NCBI GenBank assembly: GCA_964510925.1
Contig: CAZEDS010000002.1
Location: 32,482 to 92,967 of the forward strand
Source of the DNA: an uncultured Candidatus Saccharibacteria bacterium
GTDB lineage: Bacteria > Patescibacteriota > WWE3 > 2-01-FULL-39-13
DNA: 60,486 bases
Direction of reading: 5' to 3'
The notes beneath the pieces were generated by a model that did not search any database, was not told the DNA's origin, and saw nothing but the letters and a program-made list of their open reading frames with translations. The stretch's first letter is position 1. Every line of letters begins with the position of its first letter. Positions 26,692 through 37,155 of the stretch are shown piece by piece. The translations under genes were made by a program, and so were the position numbers.

Positions 26692-27936
26692 TTAATTAAA
26701 TTCTATATATAAATATGGTTTATAAGTTGAAGTTCCTTCTCTTGAATAATAGTGCGCAGCACTTGTCGATGTTGATGATCCTCTAAAGCTATAGATACCA
26801 TCTGCTTTGATTATCGAAGTAACATCAAAGTCAATCCATTTATTTGCACTGATAGCACCGACTGAAGCCACAGGCGAACCTTGTGATGCTGGAGCTGTAT
26901 TCCATGTAACTTTTGGTTCTGTCCAATCATTTGTTACTTTATATAAATCTCCACCTTTTGAGCTAGAGTATTTTGAATAAAGTCTAATAGTAGCTTTTTT
27001 GATTGTTTTTTGTCCTAAATTTTGAACATTAAACTTAAGAAGAAAATTTTCGTTTGCACCAGTACTTGCGTCAACTCTTAGTGAATATCCCGCATTATGA
27101 TTTTTGTCAGGTGATGAGCTTTCAATTCTAACGTCATCACTTGGTGAAATCTGCAAATTACCACTCGTTGTTGGCACTACTGTTGGAGTAGGAGTTGGCG
27201 TTGCCGTAAGTGTCGGAGTCGGTGTTGGTGTTGGTGTAATCGTTGGTTTTGGAGTCGCTGTTACCGTCGGAGTTGGCGTAGGCGTTGCTGTTGGTGTCGA
27301 TGTAGGCGTTGGTGTCATAGTTGCCGTCGGTGTCGGCGTCGCTGTTGGAGTAGCCGTAGGTGTTGGTGTTAATGTTGGAGTTGTAATGACTGCGGCGATT
27401 ACAGAATCTGAAAATGTAGCTTGTGCAATTGAAAGATCTTCGTAAACAATTTGGTAATCTATTTTGTCCCAGTTTACTTGTGTTGAGGTTAGATTCTTTG
27501 GGGAAAAATAAATATCTCCAATCTTAAAGTTGCCAGATGGTTTGCTGGCAACAGATGTCGGTTCTACACCTAAAACAAATACAAATTTACCGGTAGTGTT
27601 CGCTCTATCAATCGTTGTTTCGTCGATAATTCTATTCAGAGTACTTGTTGGGGTTAGTACAGAATCCATTTTAAGTTGGTTTGTATCAAATGTAATTACA
27701 CCTCGTATAAAAGAGATTTTGTTTCCAGCGTTTGCCCAAATCTCAAACTTTTTACTTACACTTAATGTTGTATTGTTTGGAACTATTGATAAGCTAGTTG
27801 GCGCACCGATTGTTGTTCCTTTTACTGAATTGTAAAAATAATAATTTCGGTAGAATACAAAAGTTACCAAAAAAATTAATACGGTGAATGAAATAAAAAA
27901 TAAAGGAGATTTGATTTTGTTTAGTATGTTTTCCAT
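26692..27936 (-). CDS. Membrane-anchored cohesin-like + PT linker + DNRLRE/CBM96-like protein
   Basis: N-terminal TM; cohesin-like beta-sandwich (about 27410-27795); long PT linker; [38 protein letters not shown] domain. Confidence 0.75.
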   Translation of the reverse strand: MENILNKIKSPLFFISFTVLIFLVTFVFYRNYYFYNSVKGTTIGAPTSLSIVPNNTTLSVSKKFEIWANAGNKISFIRGVITFDTNQLKMDSVLTPTSTLNRIIDETTIDRANTTGKFVFVLGVEPTSVASKPSGNFKIGDIYFSPKNLTSTQVNWDKIDYQIVYEDLSIAQATFSDSVIAAVITTPTLTPTPTATPTATPTPTATMTPTPTSTPTATPTPTPTVTATPKPTITPTPTPTPTLTATPTPTPTVVPTTSGNLQISPSDDVRIESSSPDKNHNAGYSLRVDASTGANENFLLKFNVQNLGQKTIKKATIRLYSKYSSSKGGDLYKVTNDWTEPKVTWNTAPASQGSPVASVGAISANKWIDFDVTSIIKADGIYSFRGSSTSTSAAHYYSREGTSTYKPYLYIEFN

Positions 27937-30900
27937 TATTTTGCCTCCCTGAAACTAAATGCATAATCGGTGTTATTTATTTCCATAGATTGAGTAATTT
28001 GTGTTTTTCCGTAATTATTTAACCAGATTGAATAATCAATACCGTCATTTTTTCCATCTCCATTAAAGTCCCCTTCTTTAGCTCCGTTTATTGTTGTTGT
28101 GTTATAAAATTCAAACCAATAATCAAAATCTAAATTATCGACTTTATTATCACCATTCGCATCGCCTTGCAAAGGAGCAACTGTAACAGTTGGAGTTGGC
28201 GTTGCAGTGACTGTAATATTGGCGACATCTGTATCAAATAAATAGTTATAACCTGTGGTTGCATTCCAAATATTTGCATTAGCAAGTCTTACCGCATATT
28301 CAGGTGTGTTTTGAATACTTGAACTAGCATCAGGCAGCCATAAATATACTTTGTATGAACCAATTGCTAAATTTGCGGTTGATACATTTGCATCAATTAT
28401 ATTAGTTGCAATATCTTTTGTTGGAAGCCATCTTCTAGGATCAAATCCATCTACTTTTATTGTAGTTTTCACACCTGTTTGTTTGTTTTCAAAAACTAAA
28501 TATGTAGGTCTTTCGTTATACATCGGAGCATACCCTTCGTTTTTAATTTCTGCATGAAAATTAAACGATGAATTTGTAGGTAAAACATTTGGAACGGTAA
28601 TTTTGTTAAGTACAAAACGGTAGCCTAAGTTTTTATGAATATCGTTATAGCAACCTTGAGTCTTTAATGCTGACAAAACAGTTGGTTCCCAATCATTACT
28701 TAAGGCAGTCCAGTGCATATATTTTAGATCTGCAAGTGCTACTGAACAGGTTGAATAAGTTGCTGAATAAGCACAGCTTTCTCCAGTCATCGGCACATAT
28801 CTAGTTTGATTTGCCATATAGTCTTTAACCTGTTGAGGTGTTTGACCTGTAACATTATAAGTTCCACCGTCAGTTTTATCTGATGCAAAACAATCATTGT
28901 GAAAACCGGTTCTTGAAAGTGGAGAACCATTGAATGCATTTGAAGATGTAATTTCTGATGGTGAGATTAATCCTTTATGAAATGCAGCATATCTTAGTGC
29001 AGTGAATCTGTTTGAAGGAACTGCATTGAGTATTCCATCAAAAATTGGTTTGAGTGTTGTAAAATCTGCACCGTTTCCGTCAATTCCAGTATTAAAGTTT
29101 GTTGAAGAATGCCATTCACCCCAAGCTCCTACAAAACCAGCTTGAACCATATAAATGACATCTTTATTCTTTTCTAGAATTGGTTTTAATTGTGCTAAGT
29201 GCTTTGCAATCCATGCGGCGGATGCATCTGTAGAAGTCTCATCAAAATTATATGTGAATCTTAAAATAGTTTTGATTTTTGCGCTTCTTAGTTTTGTAAA
29301 TCCGCCATCAATGTCAGTCAACAGTGTACTAGGTAAATCCGTGGTTTTGTAATTATCAAGCCTAATATATGTATGAACTAATGTTGATCCATTTGCTCTT
29401 ACTGAAGAATAATCTGATGAAGCAGTTAAGTTTTTATCATTATAAAAACCGCGTTCAGGATTCAAGAAATCTTCAGCTGTTGGTTGGAATAATATATCTC
29501 TGTTTGTAACTGTGCCACTTGGTATTGGTGTTGGTGTTGGTGTAATCGTTGGAGTTATCGTAACAGTTGGTGTCGGTGTTATTGTTGTCGTTGGGATAAC
29601 TGTTGGAGTTGGTGTTGGAGTCGGTGTACCTGATTTTGTTAATGTAACTTGGTCAAGAATTGTAGTTGAAGTTGGCGTTTGCAACTTGAATGCAATTGAT
29701 TGATTGTCTGCAGTTACTATAACTGCTGCTGGTCCTGCGTTGTATCTAAATTTGCTGTCAGCATCTGGTTGTGTGCTAAATGAATAAATACCTGCTCCGC
29801 CTAATCCGTTTGTGATATATGGAACACCCGCTTTGTCATGTCTTTCATAAACATGATTGTGACCAGCAATTACTGCATTTGCTCCCCATTCTTTAAATGG
29901 CCATTGCATATATGTACTTGGCCCATGTTGTGAAGTTGTGTTGTATGGCGTATGGTGGAACATGACTATTTTCCATGGTGAAGTTGAGGCTGCAAGTTTA
30001 TTTTTTAACCACATTGCTTGGACTGAATCTTGTTTGTATCCGTCTGGTTCTCTTCCATCGCTATCAATCATGAACATATGCACTGGTCCTCTTACAATAT
30101 CGTAATAGCGCTCGTTACCTGGCAAATCAAAGTAATCAAAATGTGGTCCAGTAACTGTTGTTCCACTTTTTGTTAATCCGTCCCAATCATGGTTTCCTAA
30201 TGTTGGCCAAAATCTATTGTAATTTGTTGTTGGAGCTGGTGTGATACCTGATTTTGTTGTTGCGGTTCCGACAAATGGATAGATAAATGATTTGTAGTAT
30301 GCTCCTACGTAGCTTTCCATTGTTGCCATTGAGCCTAATGGATAATTATTATCTCCAACTGTTGCGATAAAATCAGGGTTCATATTGTTTAACCATTTTG
30401 CAACGGCTAATTCGTTTGAGCTTCCATCTCCAAAATCTCCAATTATTGCAAAGTTGATTAATGAAGCATTACTTGGAGTTGGTGTCGGACTTGGTGTTGG
30501 TGTAGGCGTTGGCACTACGGTTGGAGTTGGACTTGGCGTAGGAGTTGGTGTTGGTGTTGGTGTACCACCATATTCGAGGTAACCCATTTCTGGTGCTGTA
30601 CCTGTGAATGAAATATTAAAAGTTTCACCATTCATTGTTAAAGTTTTTGCACCTTTGTCGATTGCTGGTGATGTGCTTTTTAGTGAGAAGTCACCTGTAG
30701 ATGCGTTATTAAATTGAGGGTCAACTTTTAAGATATTTGTTTCACTAATAAATGATGCTGGTGTGTAATTTGCAGTGTTTCCGAAAAACAATGAATTTGA
30801 AACAGAAGTATTTGCAGTTGAAGCCGTCGTGTATTTATAAGCTAAAACAGAAATGTTTGAAAATATATTATTAGCAATGATTACTCCATCACCTGTTGTG

Positions 30901-31775
30901 TTTGGAGATGGTCTTCTTCCACTTCCTGTTATTCCGTATTGACCGCCATAAAATGTGTTATTAAAGATTCTGACTTTTTCATCAAGTGTTGCTGCACTAA
31001 ATTTTTCTGAAGTTTCCGTTTCTGGGCTAATTGCGATACCAACATATGCGTTTGCGTTAAATAAGTTTCGATCTACATAAACGGTTGTTTTTGGAGTTGT
31101 GTATTGTGAATATTCTAAAAATTGAATACCGTTTTGGCCACTACGCTCAAATGTATTGTTTCTAATGGTCATTGTAGCTGCAGTTGTATATTCAAAAAAT
31201 CTTTGTTCTATTCCATCTTGGCCGCTATTTCTAATTTTATTGTTTTCGACTAAAAGATTTTTATTTAAGCCATCAATGTCGATACCATCGTCACCAGAGT
31301 TTGTAAAAACATTGCCACGAATCGTGCCTCCGCATCCAGGTTCGCAACCTATTAAGTCTTTTCCGTTGTCTCTAAGATAGTTATATTCTGCGGTAAAAGT
31401 TGTGCTTACAGATATACCATCATTACCGCCGGCAATAACCAAGCCCCTGATTACTGTTCCTGTTGCACTAATTGTTAGTGCATTGCTTGAACTTGAGCCA
31501 TTAATTATTGTTGTATTTTTTGTTGGATCAGCTGAGTTATATGTGGCACCTTCTAATGTGACTGCTTTATTTATAATTAAGCTTTCATTATATGTATTTG
31601 GTGCTATTTTGATTGTGTCATTTGTTAAAACTTTTGATGAGTCTATTGCTCCTTGTATTGTGAGTCCAGAAAAATCGTTTGGATAATTCCATGTCGCTGC
31701 TTGAGCTTTTGCGATCGGTTTAAAAAGGAATCCTAAACATAGAATCAAACTGGTAAGCAAGATAAATTTTTTCAT
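27936..31775 (-). CDS. Secreted modular enzyme: beta-helix + metallophosphoesterase + DUF4874/DUF4832 + dockerin
   Basis: Signal peptide; parallel beta-helix; IGDFG, VGDNNY, LGNHDW, AGHNH; NPERGFY, GAWGEWH, GFHNDCF, LGYRF; duplicated GDANGD/GDFNGDG dockerin at about 28008-28166. Confidence 0.82.
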   Translation of the reverse strand: MKKFILLTSLILCLGFLFKPIAKAQAATWNYPNDFSGLTIQGAIDSSKVLTNDTIKIAPNTYNESLIINKAVTLEGATYNSADPTKNTTIINGSSSSNALTISATGTVIRGLVIAGGNDGISVSTTFTAEYNYLRDNGKDLIGCEPGCGGTIRGNVFTNSGDDGIDIDGLNKNLLVENNKIRNSGQDGIEQRFFEYTTAATMTIRNNTFERSGQNGIQFLEYSQYTTPKTTVYVDRNLFNANAYVGIAISPETETSEKFSAATLDEKVRIFNNTFYGGQYGITGSGRRPSPNTTGDGVIIANNIFSNISVLAYKYTTASTANTSVSNSLFFGNTANYTPASFISETNILKVDPQFNNASTGDFSLKSTSPAIDKGAKTLTMNGETFNISFTGTAPEMGYLEYGGTPTPTPTPTPSPTPTVVPTPTPTPSPTPTPSNASLINFAIIGDFGDGSSNELAVAKWLNNMNPDFIATVGDNNYPLGSMATMESYVGAYYKSFIYPFVGTATTKSGITPAPTTNYNRFWPTLGNHDWDGLTKSGTTVTGPHFDYFDLPGNERYYDIVRGPVHMFMIDSDGREPDGYKQDSVQAMWLKNKLAASTSPWKIVMFHHTPYNTTSQHGPSTYMQWPFKEWGANAVIAGHNHVYERHDKAGVPYITNGLGGAGIYSFSTQPDADSKFRYNAGPAAVIVTADNQSIAFKLQTPTSTTILDQVTLTKSGTPTPTPTPTVIPTTTITPTPTVTITPTITPTPTPIPSGTVTNRDILFQPTAEDFLNPERGFYNDKNLTASSDYSSVRANGSTLVHTYIRLDNYKTTDLPSTLLTDIDGGFTKLRSAKIKTILRFTYNFDETSTDASAAWIAKHLAQLKPILEKNKDVIYMVQAGFVGAWGEWHSSTNFNTGIDGNGADFTTLKPIFDGILNAVPSNRFTALRYAAFHKGLISPSEITSSNAFNGSPLSRTGFHNDCFASDKTDGGTYNVTGQTPQQVKDYMANQTRYVPMTGESCAYSATYSTCSVALADLKYMHWTALSNDWEPTVLSALKTQGCYNDIHKNLGYRFVLNKITVPNVLPTNSSFNFHAEIKNEGYAPMYNERPTYLVFENKQTGVKTTIKVDGFDPRRWLPTKDIATNIIDANVSTANLAIGSYKVYLWLPDASSSIQNTPEYAVRLANANIWNATTGYNYLFDTDVANITVTATPTPTVTVAPLQGDANGDNKVDNLDFDYWFEFYNTTTINGAKEGDFNGDGKNDGIDYSIWLNNYGKTQITQSMEINNTDYAFSFREAK

Positions 31776-31833
31776 ATTAATATATCATTAGCTTTGCGAG
31801 TGTCAGAGTCAACCCTTTTCTGTGTTTTTGCTT

Positions 31834-33468
31834 TTATAAATTATAGCCTAGTGCTTTTAATGCATTACTGCCTTTTTCAAAAGTTAGATTTTTAGCTTTA
31901 AGTTCTTTATAAACTTTTGAAGTTTCTAATAATGGTTCAATGATTGGACTAACGCCTGATACTAATACTTTTTTCCCGTCCGCAAGTAAATGTTCAACGA
32001 TTTCATCAAAAATTTCGATGCCATCTAGATCAATAAAATATACGCCTCTGAATCTAAATATAATATTTTTAAATGGTTTCTTAAATCCTGTTTCAAATCG
32101 TAGCAGATGAGCTTGGCCGTTTACATACGCAAGTTGACCTTTAAAAGTGTATACAAGAGTATCGGCTGGTATTTCAACAAGATCTTGACCCTCATCACCT
32201 TCTCCTTCGTATTTTTTTGTCATTGCTTTGTTTGTATCGTTTATTATGAGTTCGTATTGACCTTTTGATAATTTTTCTACAAATATCAATAATGATATTG
32301 TTACTCCAAATAAAATTCCGACAATTGGGTCTTCGTAAACCGTTATAAAAGCAACCAAAAGACTAACAATGAATGATTTTTTATCTTCTGCAAACATCTT
32401 GTTAAAGTGTTCGGTTTCAATCATTTTGATCGCAACATTAACGAGGATGGCAGCAATTACTGCCATTGGGATAAATTTAAAAGATGTTAAAAATATAAAA
32501 GATATAACAATAATCGATAAACTACTTATTGTTGCTGATATTTTATTTGTTGCGCCTGATTTTATATTTAGAGAAGTTCTAGCAAGTGCAGCGGTTGCAG
32601 GGATTCCTCCCATTGCCCCGCAAACTAGATTTGCAAGACCTAGGCCAAACATTTCTTTTCTTTTGCTATGTTTGGTTTTGGTCATACCATCGGCAATTTT
32701 GGCGGATATCATTGTTTCAAGTATTGCTACGAATGAAACGACCAGTGCCGTTGTGAAAATTTCATAACTTAATTTAAAGCTCCATGGCATAAATAATTGT
32801 GGATTTATGTCTTGAAAGCGCATTCCTAAGGTTTGTGTTTGAATAGGTATTTGATGTGTAGTTGATAAGTATCCTAGCAAAATTCCTACAGGTGCTAATA
32901 TAATCGCACCAGGAATTTGCTTAGAAATTTTTGGCCAAAAAATTAATAGCGATAAAAAGATAAAAAAGATGGCTGCTGTTGGTAAATCAATAAGATGCAA
33001 ATTTTTAAAGGATTCCTCCATGTTTGCTATTAAATTTTCATGAGTTTTTATACCATTAATGCCAAAGGCTGAGTTAAATTGGTTTAGTGCAATAATGAAT
33101 GCTACTCCAAGTGTGAATCCATGTATTGTACTTGCAGGTACAAAAACAAGGTATTTCTCCAGCTTTAATAAATACGCTACCAATATCATTAAACCTGTAA
33201 CAATCGATAAGGTTGGAAGTGCTTCAGCTCCATTTGTTATTGCAAATGTCGCTAGAATTCCAGAAAGTGCACCTGTTGGGCCTACAATATTAAAATTGCT
33301 TCCACCAAAGATTGAGGCAATTAATCCAGCCCAAATTGCTGTAATAATACCAGCAATTGGTGACGTTTGTGAGGCAACTGCTAATGAAACTGATAAAGGA
33401 ATAGATACTAGTGATACTGTAATACCTGATTTCCAGTTGTGTTTTAAGTTATTTAATAATTCTTGCAT
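31834..33468 (-). CDS. sulP: SulP family anion transporter with STAS domain
   Basis: GITVSLVSIPLS...A, IVGPTGA, GFTLGVA, GGIPATAALART, C-terminal STAS (VYFIDLDG). Confidence 0.92.
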   Translation of the reverse strand: MQELLNNLKHNWKSGITVSLVSIPLSVSLAVASQTSPIAGIITAIWAGLIASIFGGSNFNIVGPTGALSGILATFAITNGAEALPTLSIVTGLMILVAYLLKLEKYLVFVPASTIHGFTLGVAFIIALNQFNSAFGINGIKTHENLIANMEESFKNLHLIDLPTAAIFFIFLSLLIFWPKISKQIPGAIILAPVGILLGYLSTTHQIPIQTQTLGMRFQDINPQLFMPWSFKLSYEIFTTALVVSFVAILETMISAKIADGMTKTKHSKRKEMFGLGLANLVCGAMGGIPATAALARTSLNIKSGATNKISATISSLSIIVISFIFLTSFKFIPMAVIAAILVNVAIKMIETEHFNKMFAEDKKSFIVSLLVAFITVYEDPIVGILFGVTISLLIFVEKLSKGQYELIINDTNKAMTKKYEGEGDEGQDLVEIPADTLVYTFKGQLAYVNGQAHLLRFETGFKKPFKNIIFRFRGVYFIDLDGIEIFDEIVEHLLADGKKVLVSGVSPIIEPLLETSKVYKELKAKNLTFEKGSNALKALGYNL

Positions 33469-33671
33469 ATGCTGAGAACTAAATTGGAGCGATTATTTTG
33501 ATCAACATTATATACCTATTTTTTAAATTGTAATGATGCGTTGGCAAGTCGGTAATTGTTAAGATTTTGAAAGCAATTTAACGTATGCACCAAATAAGCC
33601 TCTTTCTGGTAAATATTCATTGATTTGTTTCTCAAAGCTTTTTTTCAGTTCGAGTTGATTTAATCATCTTT

Positions 33672-33863
33672 ATGAAAAATATAAAGCTAATAACACTGGT
33701 AACTTCTTCACTCATTTTGTTAATAAGCATTTTTGGTGAGGTATACTGGCGGCAAAAATCGACACAAGAAACTCAGGCAAAAGCTTCTACCGAGCAACCT
33801 GGCTTTGGTAATAAAGAACGAGTTCGTGGCCAACCTTCAACAAGAACGACTAGATCTTCATGA
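33672..33863 (+). CDS. Small hypothetical protein with signal/TM (possibly truncated)
   Basis: 63 aa, hydrophobic N-terminus only. Confidence 0.35.
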   Translation: MKNIKLITLVTSSLILLISIFGEVYWRQKSTQETQAKASTEQPGFGNKERVRGQPSTRTTRSS

Positions 33864-33876
33864 TTTGTTCTATCGA

Positions 33877-34623
33877 TTATTCGCCTTGAGGTTGGATTAT
33901 TGAATTACCAACAATTATTTCAATATCATTTTTATATTCGCCTTTATAGTCAGCATCCCAGTTAAAAATATAGATGGAATCATTAGCAAGGACTACAAAA
34001 TTAGATGAATTTTTATAACCAGCATATTCGAAATATTGACCAGTATAGTTACCTATTGTTTTGCTTGAAAGATTTTGAACCTTAACAATTGGGTCCTGTA
34101 CGAGTTCTAGTTCAGTTATATAGTCCTCAATTGAGTTAATTACTGTTCCATGATAGGACTCTGTTCCTAATTTTATCTTTGCAATACCTAGGATTACACC
34201 TTCATTCATCTCTGAATTAATAGTCTTGTAGTCTGGTGAACGAAAAACCCCACATTCTTTAAAATTTTCTTGCGTCTTAGATTTTAAACTTAAATTTGCT
34301 GATGTCGTTCCATCAGCGCTAAGTGCTGACCAATTTTCTGGAATTATTACTTTTAGATTGCATTCTGTTGTATATGCGAGCCCTACTCCTCTTTTTTGGG
34401 TATTATTTACTTTTGTATCGATGGTTTCAGTTTGCTTTTCTGGAATTATTTCTGGATTCGTATTGCTGTTGAGATCTGTTGAATATCCTGATCTAAATAA
34501 AACAGGACTAGCGATTAGTCCTAAAACAAACGAGATCAAGATTATTAACCATGTTTGGGTTTCTTTTAGTCTTGATTGAAATTGAGGGGCATCTGTTTGG
34601 TTTGTAACATTTTTATTATCCAT
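33877..34623 (-). CDS. Hypothetical membrane-anchored protein (PsbP-like C-terminus possible)
   Basis: N-terminal TM; LKVIIPENW motif; 248 aa. Confidence 0.7.
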   Translation of the reverse strand: MDNKNVTNQTDAPQFQSRLKETQTWLIILISFVLGLIASPVLFRSGYSTDLNSNTNPEIIPEKQTETIDTKVNNTQKRGVGLAYTTECNLKVIIPENWSALSADGTTSANLSLKSKTQENFKECGVFRSPDYKTINSEMNEGVILGIAKIKLGTESYHGTVINSIEDYITELELVQDPIVKVQNLSSKTIGNYTGQYFEYAGYKNSSNFVVLANDSIYIFNWDADYKGEYKNDIEIIVGNSIIQPQGE

Positions 34624-34706
34624 TACTTTAGTATGGGGTATTTTATATGTCTGGTAAAGATTTATTGTATTGGATTATTTTTGTATCTGAATTAAAATGC
34701 CAGGTT

Positions 34707-35498
34707 ATGACAGATGCATTATTATCAGAATCAATAGTTCGGGACGAACAGCTTACACTTAATGGTGTCGATTTAATAGAAATCGGTTTGGATGAGACTG
34801 AAAAATTAGCTCTGCTTGGAGCTAAAAGAGATCTTTTAGATTATTCGCCACAAAATATTAGTGCAAATCCGTATATTTTACCTATGAGTGTTAAGAGATA
34901 TCTTGTTTCACCCGATTGTATTCGTAACCTTAAAAAAGGAGTCGAAAAATTAGGTATTGGCGATTCTTTTAAATTGGGTATTGTAAGACAACAGTTGGGT
35001 TCAGAAAGCTTTATTCCTTTGCATTTTATTTCGATGTTTGAATACAATGGTTTTAACTTTGTTTCCCCTATTTTTATTTCAACATTGCACCATGTGATGA
35101 AATCAACTGTTGCACTTGAGAAAAAAGCATCTGTAATTTCTTATTATCTTAATAATTATTTTGTGCAAAACAAACAATTTGATTTCAACATAATGGGAAT
35201 GCCAAGCTTAAAACCAGGTTCTAATACTAAAGATTTGCTTACAAGTATTTCAGGATCACCGGTTCAAACCTTATTTGATGGTTATGTTTCGAGAGATTTA
35301 TTTTTTTTCGCTAATAATTTTAATGCTCAAGCTTATAGACAAGCATTTATGAATGACCCTGATCTTTTGACTATTAATGCAGGAATATTAGGTGCATGGT
35401 CAGAAAATTTAGCGATGAGTAAAGATTTAGATATTGAGGACATTCCTATAATCAAATCTCAAATTGATAGTGTAGTTTGGTCATTGTTGGCTATTTAG
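34707..35498 (+). CDS. Hypothetical protein
   Basis: Long ORF, no recognised motif; start 34707 is a guess (open from 34647). Confidence 0.65.
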   Translation: MTDALLSESIVRDEQLTLNGVDLIEIGLDETEKLALLGAKRDLLDYSPQNISANPYILPMSVKRYLVSPDCIRNLKKGVEKLGIGDSFKLGIVRQQLGSESFIPLHFISMFEYNGFNFVSPIFISTLHHVMKSTVALEKKASVISYYLNNYFVQNKQFDFNIMGMPSLKPGSNTKDLLTSISGSPVQTLFDGYVSRDLFFFANNFNAQAYRQAFMNDPDLLTINAGILGAWSENLAMSKDLDIEDIPIIKSQIDSVVWSLLAI

Positions 35499-35751
35499 AA
35501 TACTTATGCACGTTTTCTGGGCTTAATTCATCCGCTTTGGGTGCACAAATTCCCATTCTTGTGACAATCCAGTTTGGTTTTCCTTCAGTATGAAATCTGG
35601 CAAAACATATTTTTAGTATTGAAAAAAGCCCGATTATTAAAGTTTCACACTAATAAAAAAAGAGGATTGATTCGATTGTCCAATCCCAAAACAACACGCC
35701 AAATAATGGAATAAAGTTTGAACCTATTAATAACGCATTTTTGAGAAACAT
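35491..35751 (-). pseudogene. DUF6498-like membrane protein pseudogene
   Basis: Manual translation: MFLKNALLIGSNFIPLFGVLFWDWTIESILFFY*CETLIIGLFSILKICFA; TAG at 35650-35652 where the family has YW; truncated at 35491. Confidence 0.6.
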
Positions 35752-35755
35752 TAGG

Positions 35756-35929
35756 TTATTTTTTTGTCTTTAAAAAAAGATAAATGCTTATAATTGCGCC
35801 GATTGCAATTATGAAGCCATCTAAAATTCCTATGCCAGTGTCTAAATTTCCAAGCCCTTTGCCTAATGACAAAATTGATATTGTAAAAATTCCAATGGCT
35901 ATTATCTGTTGTTGTTCTTTTTGTTGCAT
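35756..35929 (-). CDS. Small two-TM protein (57 aa, below the ORF-track cutoff)
   Basis: MQQKEQQQIIAIGIFTISILSLGKGLGNLDTGIGILDGFIIAIGAIISIYLFLKTKK. Confidence 0.55.
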   Translation of the reverse strand: MQQKEQQQIIAIGIFTISILSLGKGLGNLDTGIGILDGFIIAIGAIISIYLFLKTKK

Positions 35930-35997
35930 ATTATAAGGGTAAAGGCTTTTGAAGGTATATTAAAATGGTTTTTGGAAAGTTAATGAATAAAAAAAAT

Positions 35998-36041
35998 AGC
36001 TTGGATAGTCAAACTTTTGTGAAATTTGAGCTATCCAAGCT
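35998..36041 (-). terminator. Intrinsic terminator
   Basis: AGCTTGGATAG(C)TCAAA stem with one bulge, followed by a U-tract on the minus strand. Confidence 0.65.
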
Positions 36042-36049
36042 TAGTGAGT

Positions 36050-36235
36050 TTAGCAACCTCCGCCTGTGCAAATAATTGCACTGACATAGATGAAAAACGC
36101 ACCTAATACTATTGCTACGGCCAATAGTAGCCACATACATCCTCCTAGTCCTTCGTTTTCCTGATTCCTTTCTTCTGCGTGTGTGGTTTCGTCAATTTCA
36201 TCATCCGTTTTCCCACCGAGGATTGTCCTTTTCAT
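36050..36235 (-). CDS. Small single-TM protein (61 aa)
   Basis: AGGAG SD before ATG 36235; acidic N-terminus, C-terminal TM. Confidence 0.6.
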   Translation of the reverse strand: MKRTILGGKTDDEIDETTHAEERNQENEGLGGCMWLLLAVAIVLGAFFIYVSAIICTGGGC

Positions 36236-36296
36236 GTTAAATCTCCTAGTTTCTTTTATCATCTTTACAGACGCAGTGTCTGTTTAGTGACTGGTG

Positions 36297-36325
36297 AGTG
36301 TATCGTGCTTTGTCTAGCGCGTCAA
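36297..36325 (-). promoter_or_regulatory. Sigma70 promoter
   Basis: TTGACG-17 bp-TACACT on the minus strand. Confidence 0.65.
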
Positions 36326-36515
36326 GTACTATGGGATATCTGCGGAAAGCTGTTTTAGGGCGGTTGTAGATACAGAAAAGTAAAGATATATTCTGATTCT
36401 CTTTATTTCATTCTACCTTTCATCGTAATCCGTTTGATTAAGCATTGAAACGGCTGCTCCATTCGAATCATAACGTTTGAGATTCTATATTCGATAAAGA
36501 AAGTGAAATTCAGAG

Positions 36516-36583
36516 TGGCTATCCAAGTTGGACTTGAACCACCGACACTCCCGATTAAAAATCGGGATGCTCTAACCACTGAG
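36516..36583 (-). pseudogene. 5'-truncated degenerate tRNA-Lys(UUU) copy
   Basis: CTCAGTGGTTAGAGCATCCCGATTTTTAATCGGGAGTGTCGGTGGTTCAAGTCCAACTTGGATAGCCA; lacks the 5' acceptor strand. Confidence 0.75.
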
Positions 36584-36604
36584 TATATTTGTGAATTTAA
36601 AAAA

Positions 36605-36680
36605 TGGTGATCCAGGGTGGACTTGAACCACCGACACCCTGCTTAAAAGGCAGGTGCTCTAACCACTGAGCTACTGGACC
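36605..36680 (-). tRNA. trnK: tRNA-Lys(UUU)
   Basis: 76 nt; acceptor GGTCCAG/CTGGATC, anticodon arm CCTGC-CTTTTAA-GCAGG, GTTCAAG T-loop, encoded CCA. Confidence 0.95.
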
Positions 36681-36681
36681 A

Positions 36682-36930
36682 TTAATAAGGTCTTTCGATT
36701 AGCTTTTGAATATATTTGTGGCTTTTATAACGCTTGATTTCCTTTTCACGTTTTAGTGCCAACGACTTTGTTTCAAAAGTTTCGAAATATATTAAATCTA
36801 CAGGCAATATAGAGCTAGTATACTTCGATCTTCCATGTTTGTGGCGGTTTATTCGATCTTCTAGATTCGATGTGTATCCGATATAGAATTTGTCGAACTT
36901 TTCACTTTTTAAAATATAAACGTAAAACAT
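36682..36930 (-). CDS. Small GIY-YIG nuclease
   Basis: YVYIL..KFYIGYTSNLEDRINRH..G.SKYT..ALKREKEIK; stop codon lies 1 nt before the tRNA. Confidence 0.9.
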   Translation of the reverse strand: MFYVYILKSEKFDKFYIGYTSNLEDRINRHKHGRSKYTSSILPVDLIYFETFETKSLALKREKEIKRYKSHKYIQKLIERPY

Positions 36931-36945
36931 TTATATTGCTAATTT

Positions 36946-37001
36946 ACCACCGACACTTCCGATTAAAAATCGGAATGCTCTAACCACTGAGCTACTGGAC
37001 C
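36946..37001 (-). pseudogene. 3'-truncated tRNA-Lys(UUU) copy
   Basis: GGTCCAGTAGCTCAGTGGTTAGAGCATTCCGATTTTTAATCGGAAGTGTCGGTGGT; stops at the T-loop. Confidence 0.8.
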
Positions 37002-37155
37002 AAAGATTTTGGCTGTTTTGAGCTTTAAGATGTGCTCGTAAAACAACCTGATAATGACTCTCATTATTATACATATAATGCGGGATTCACGGAAGCGGTT
37101 ATCCTACTATTCTTACCATTTATTGATCTCTTTGCTATAATGTCAGGCATAACTT

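Noticed and set aside
27160-27400. Periodic GTTGG(T/C/A) repeats as a possible CRISPR or tandem-repeat locus
   Set aside because: They encode (PT)n linkers; no constant repeat with unique spacers and no cas genes. No CRISPR array was seen in the window.
33672-33900. Possible frameshifted continuation of the 63-aa ORF (VIKNEFVANLQQERLDL..)
   Set aside because: The alternative frame is short, overlaps the convergent gene and has no recognisable homology.
35650-35652. Stop-codon reassignment explaining the in-frame TAG
   Set aside because: TAG, TGA and TAA all end intact conserved genes here (rsmI TAG, lexA TGA, uvrB full length under code 11); a single nonsense mutation is simpler.
36516-37001. 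Variant tRNA-Lys(UUU) copies as decoys for the PrrC-like nuclease (PrrC targets tRNA-Lys UUU)
   Set aside because: The loci are over 20 kb apart, the nuclease target is unknown and the partial copies cannot fold completely; nothing in the sequence links them.
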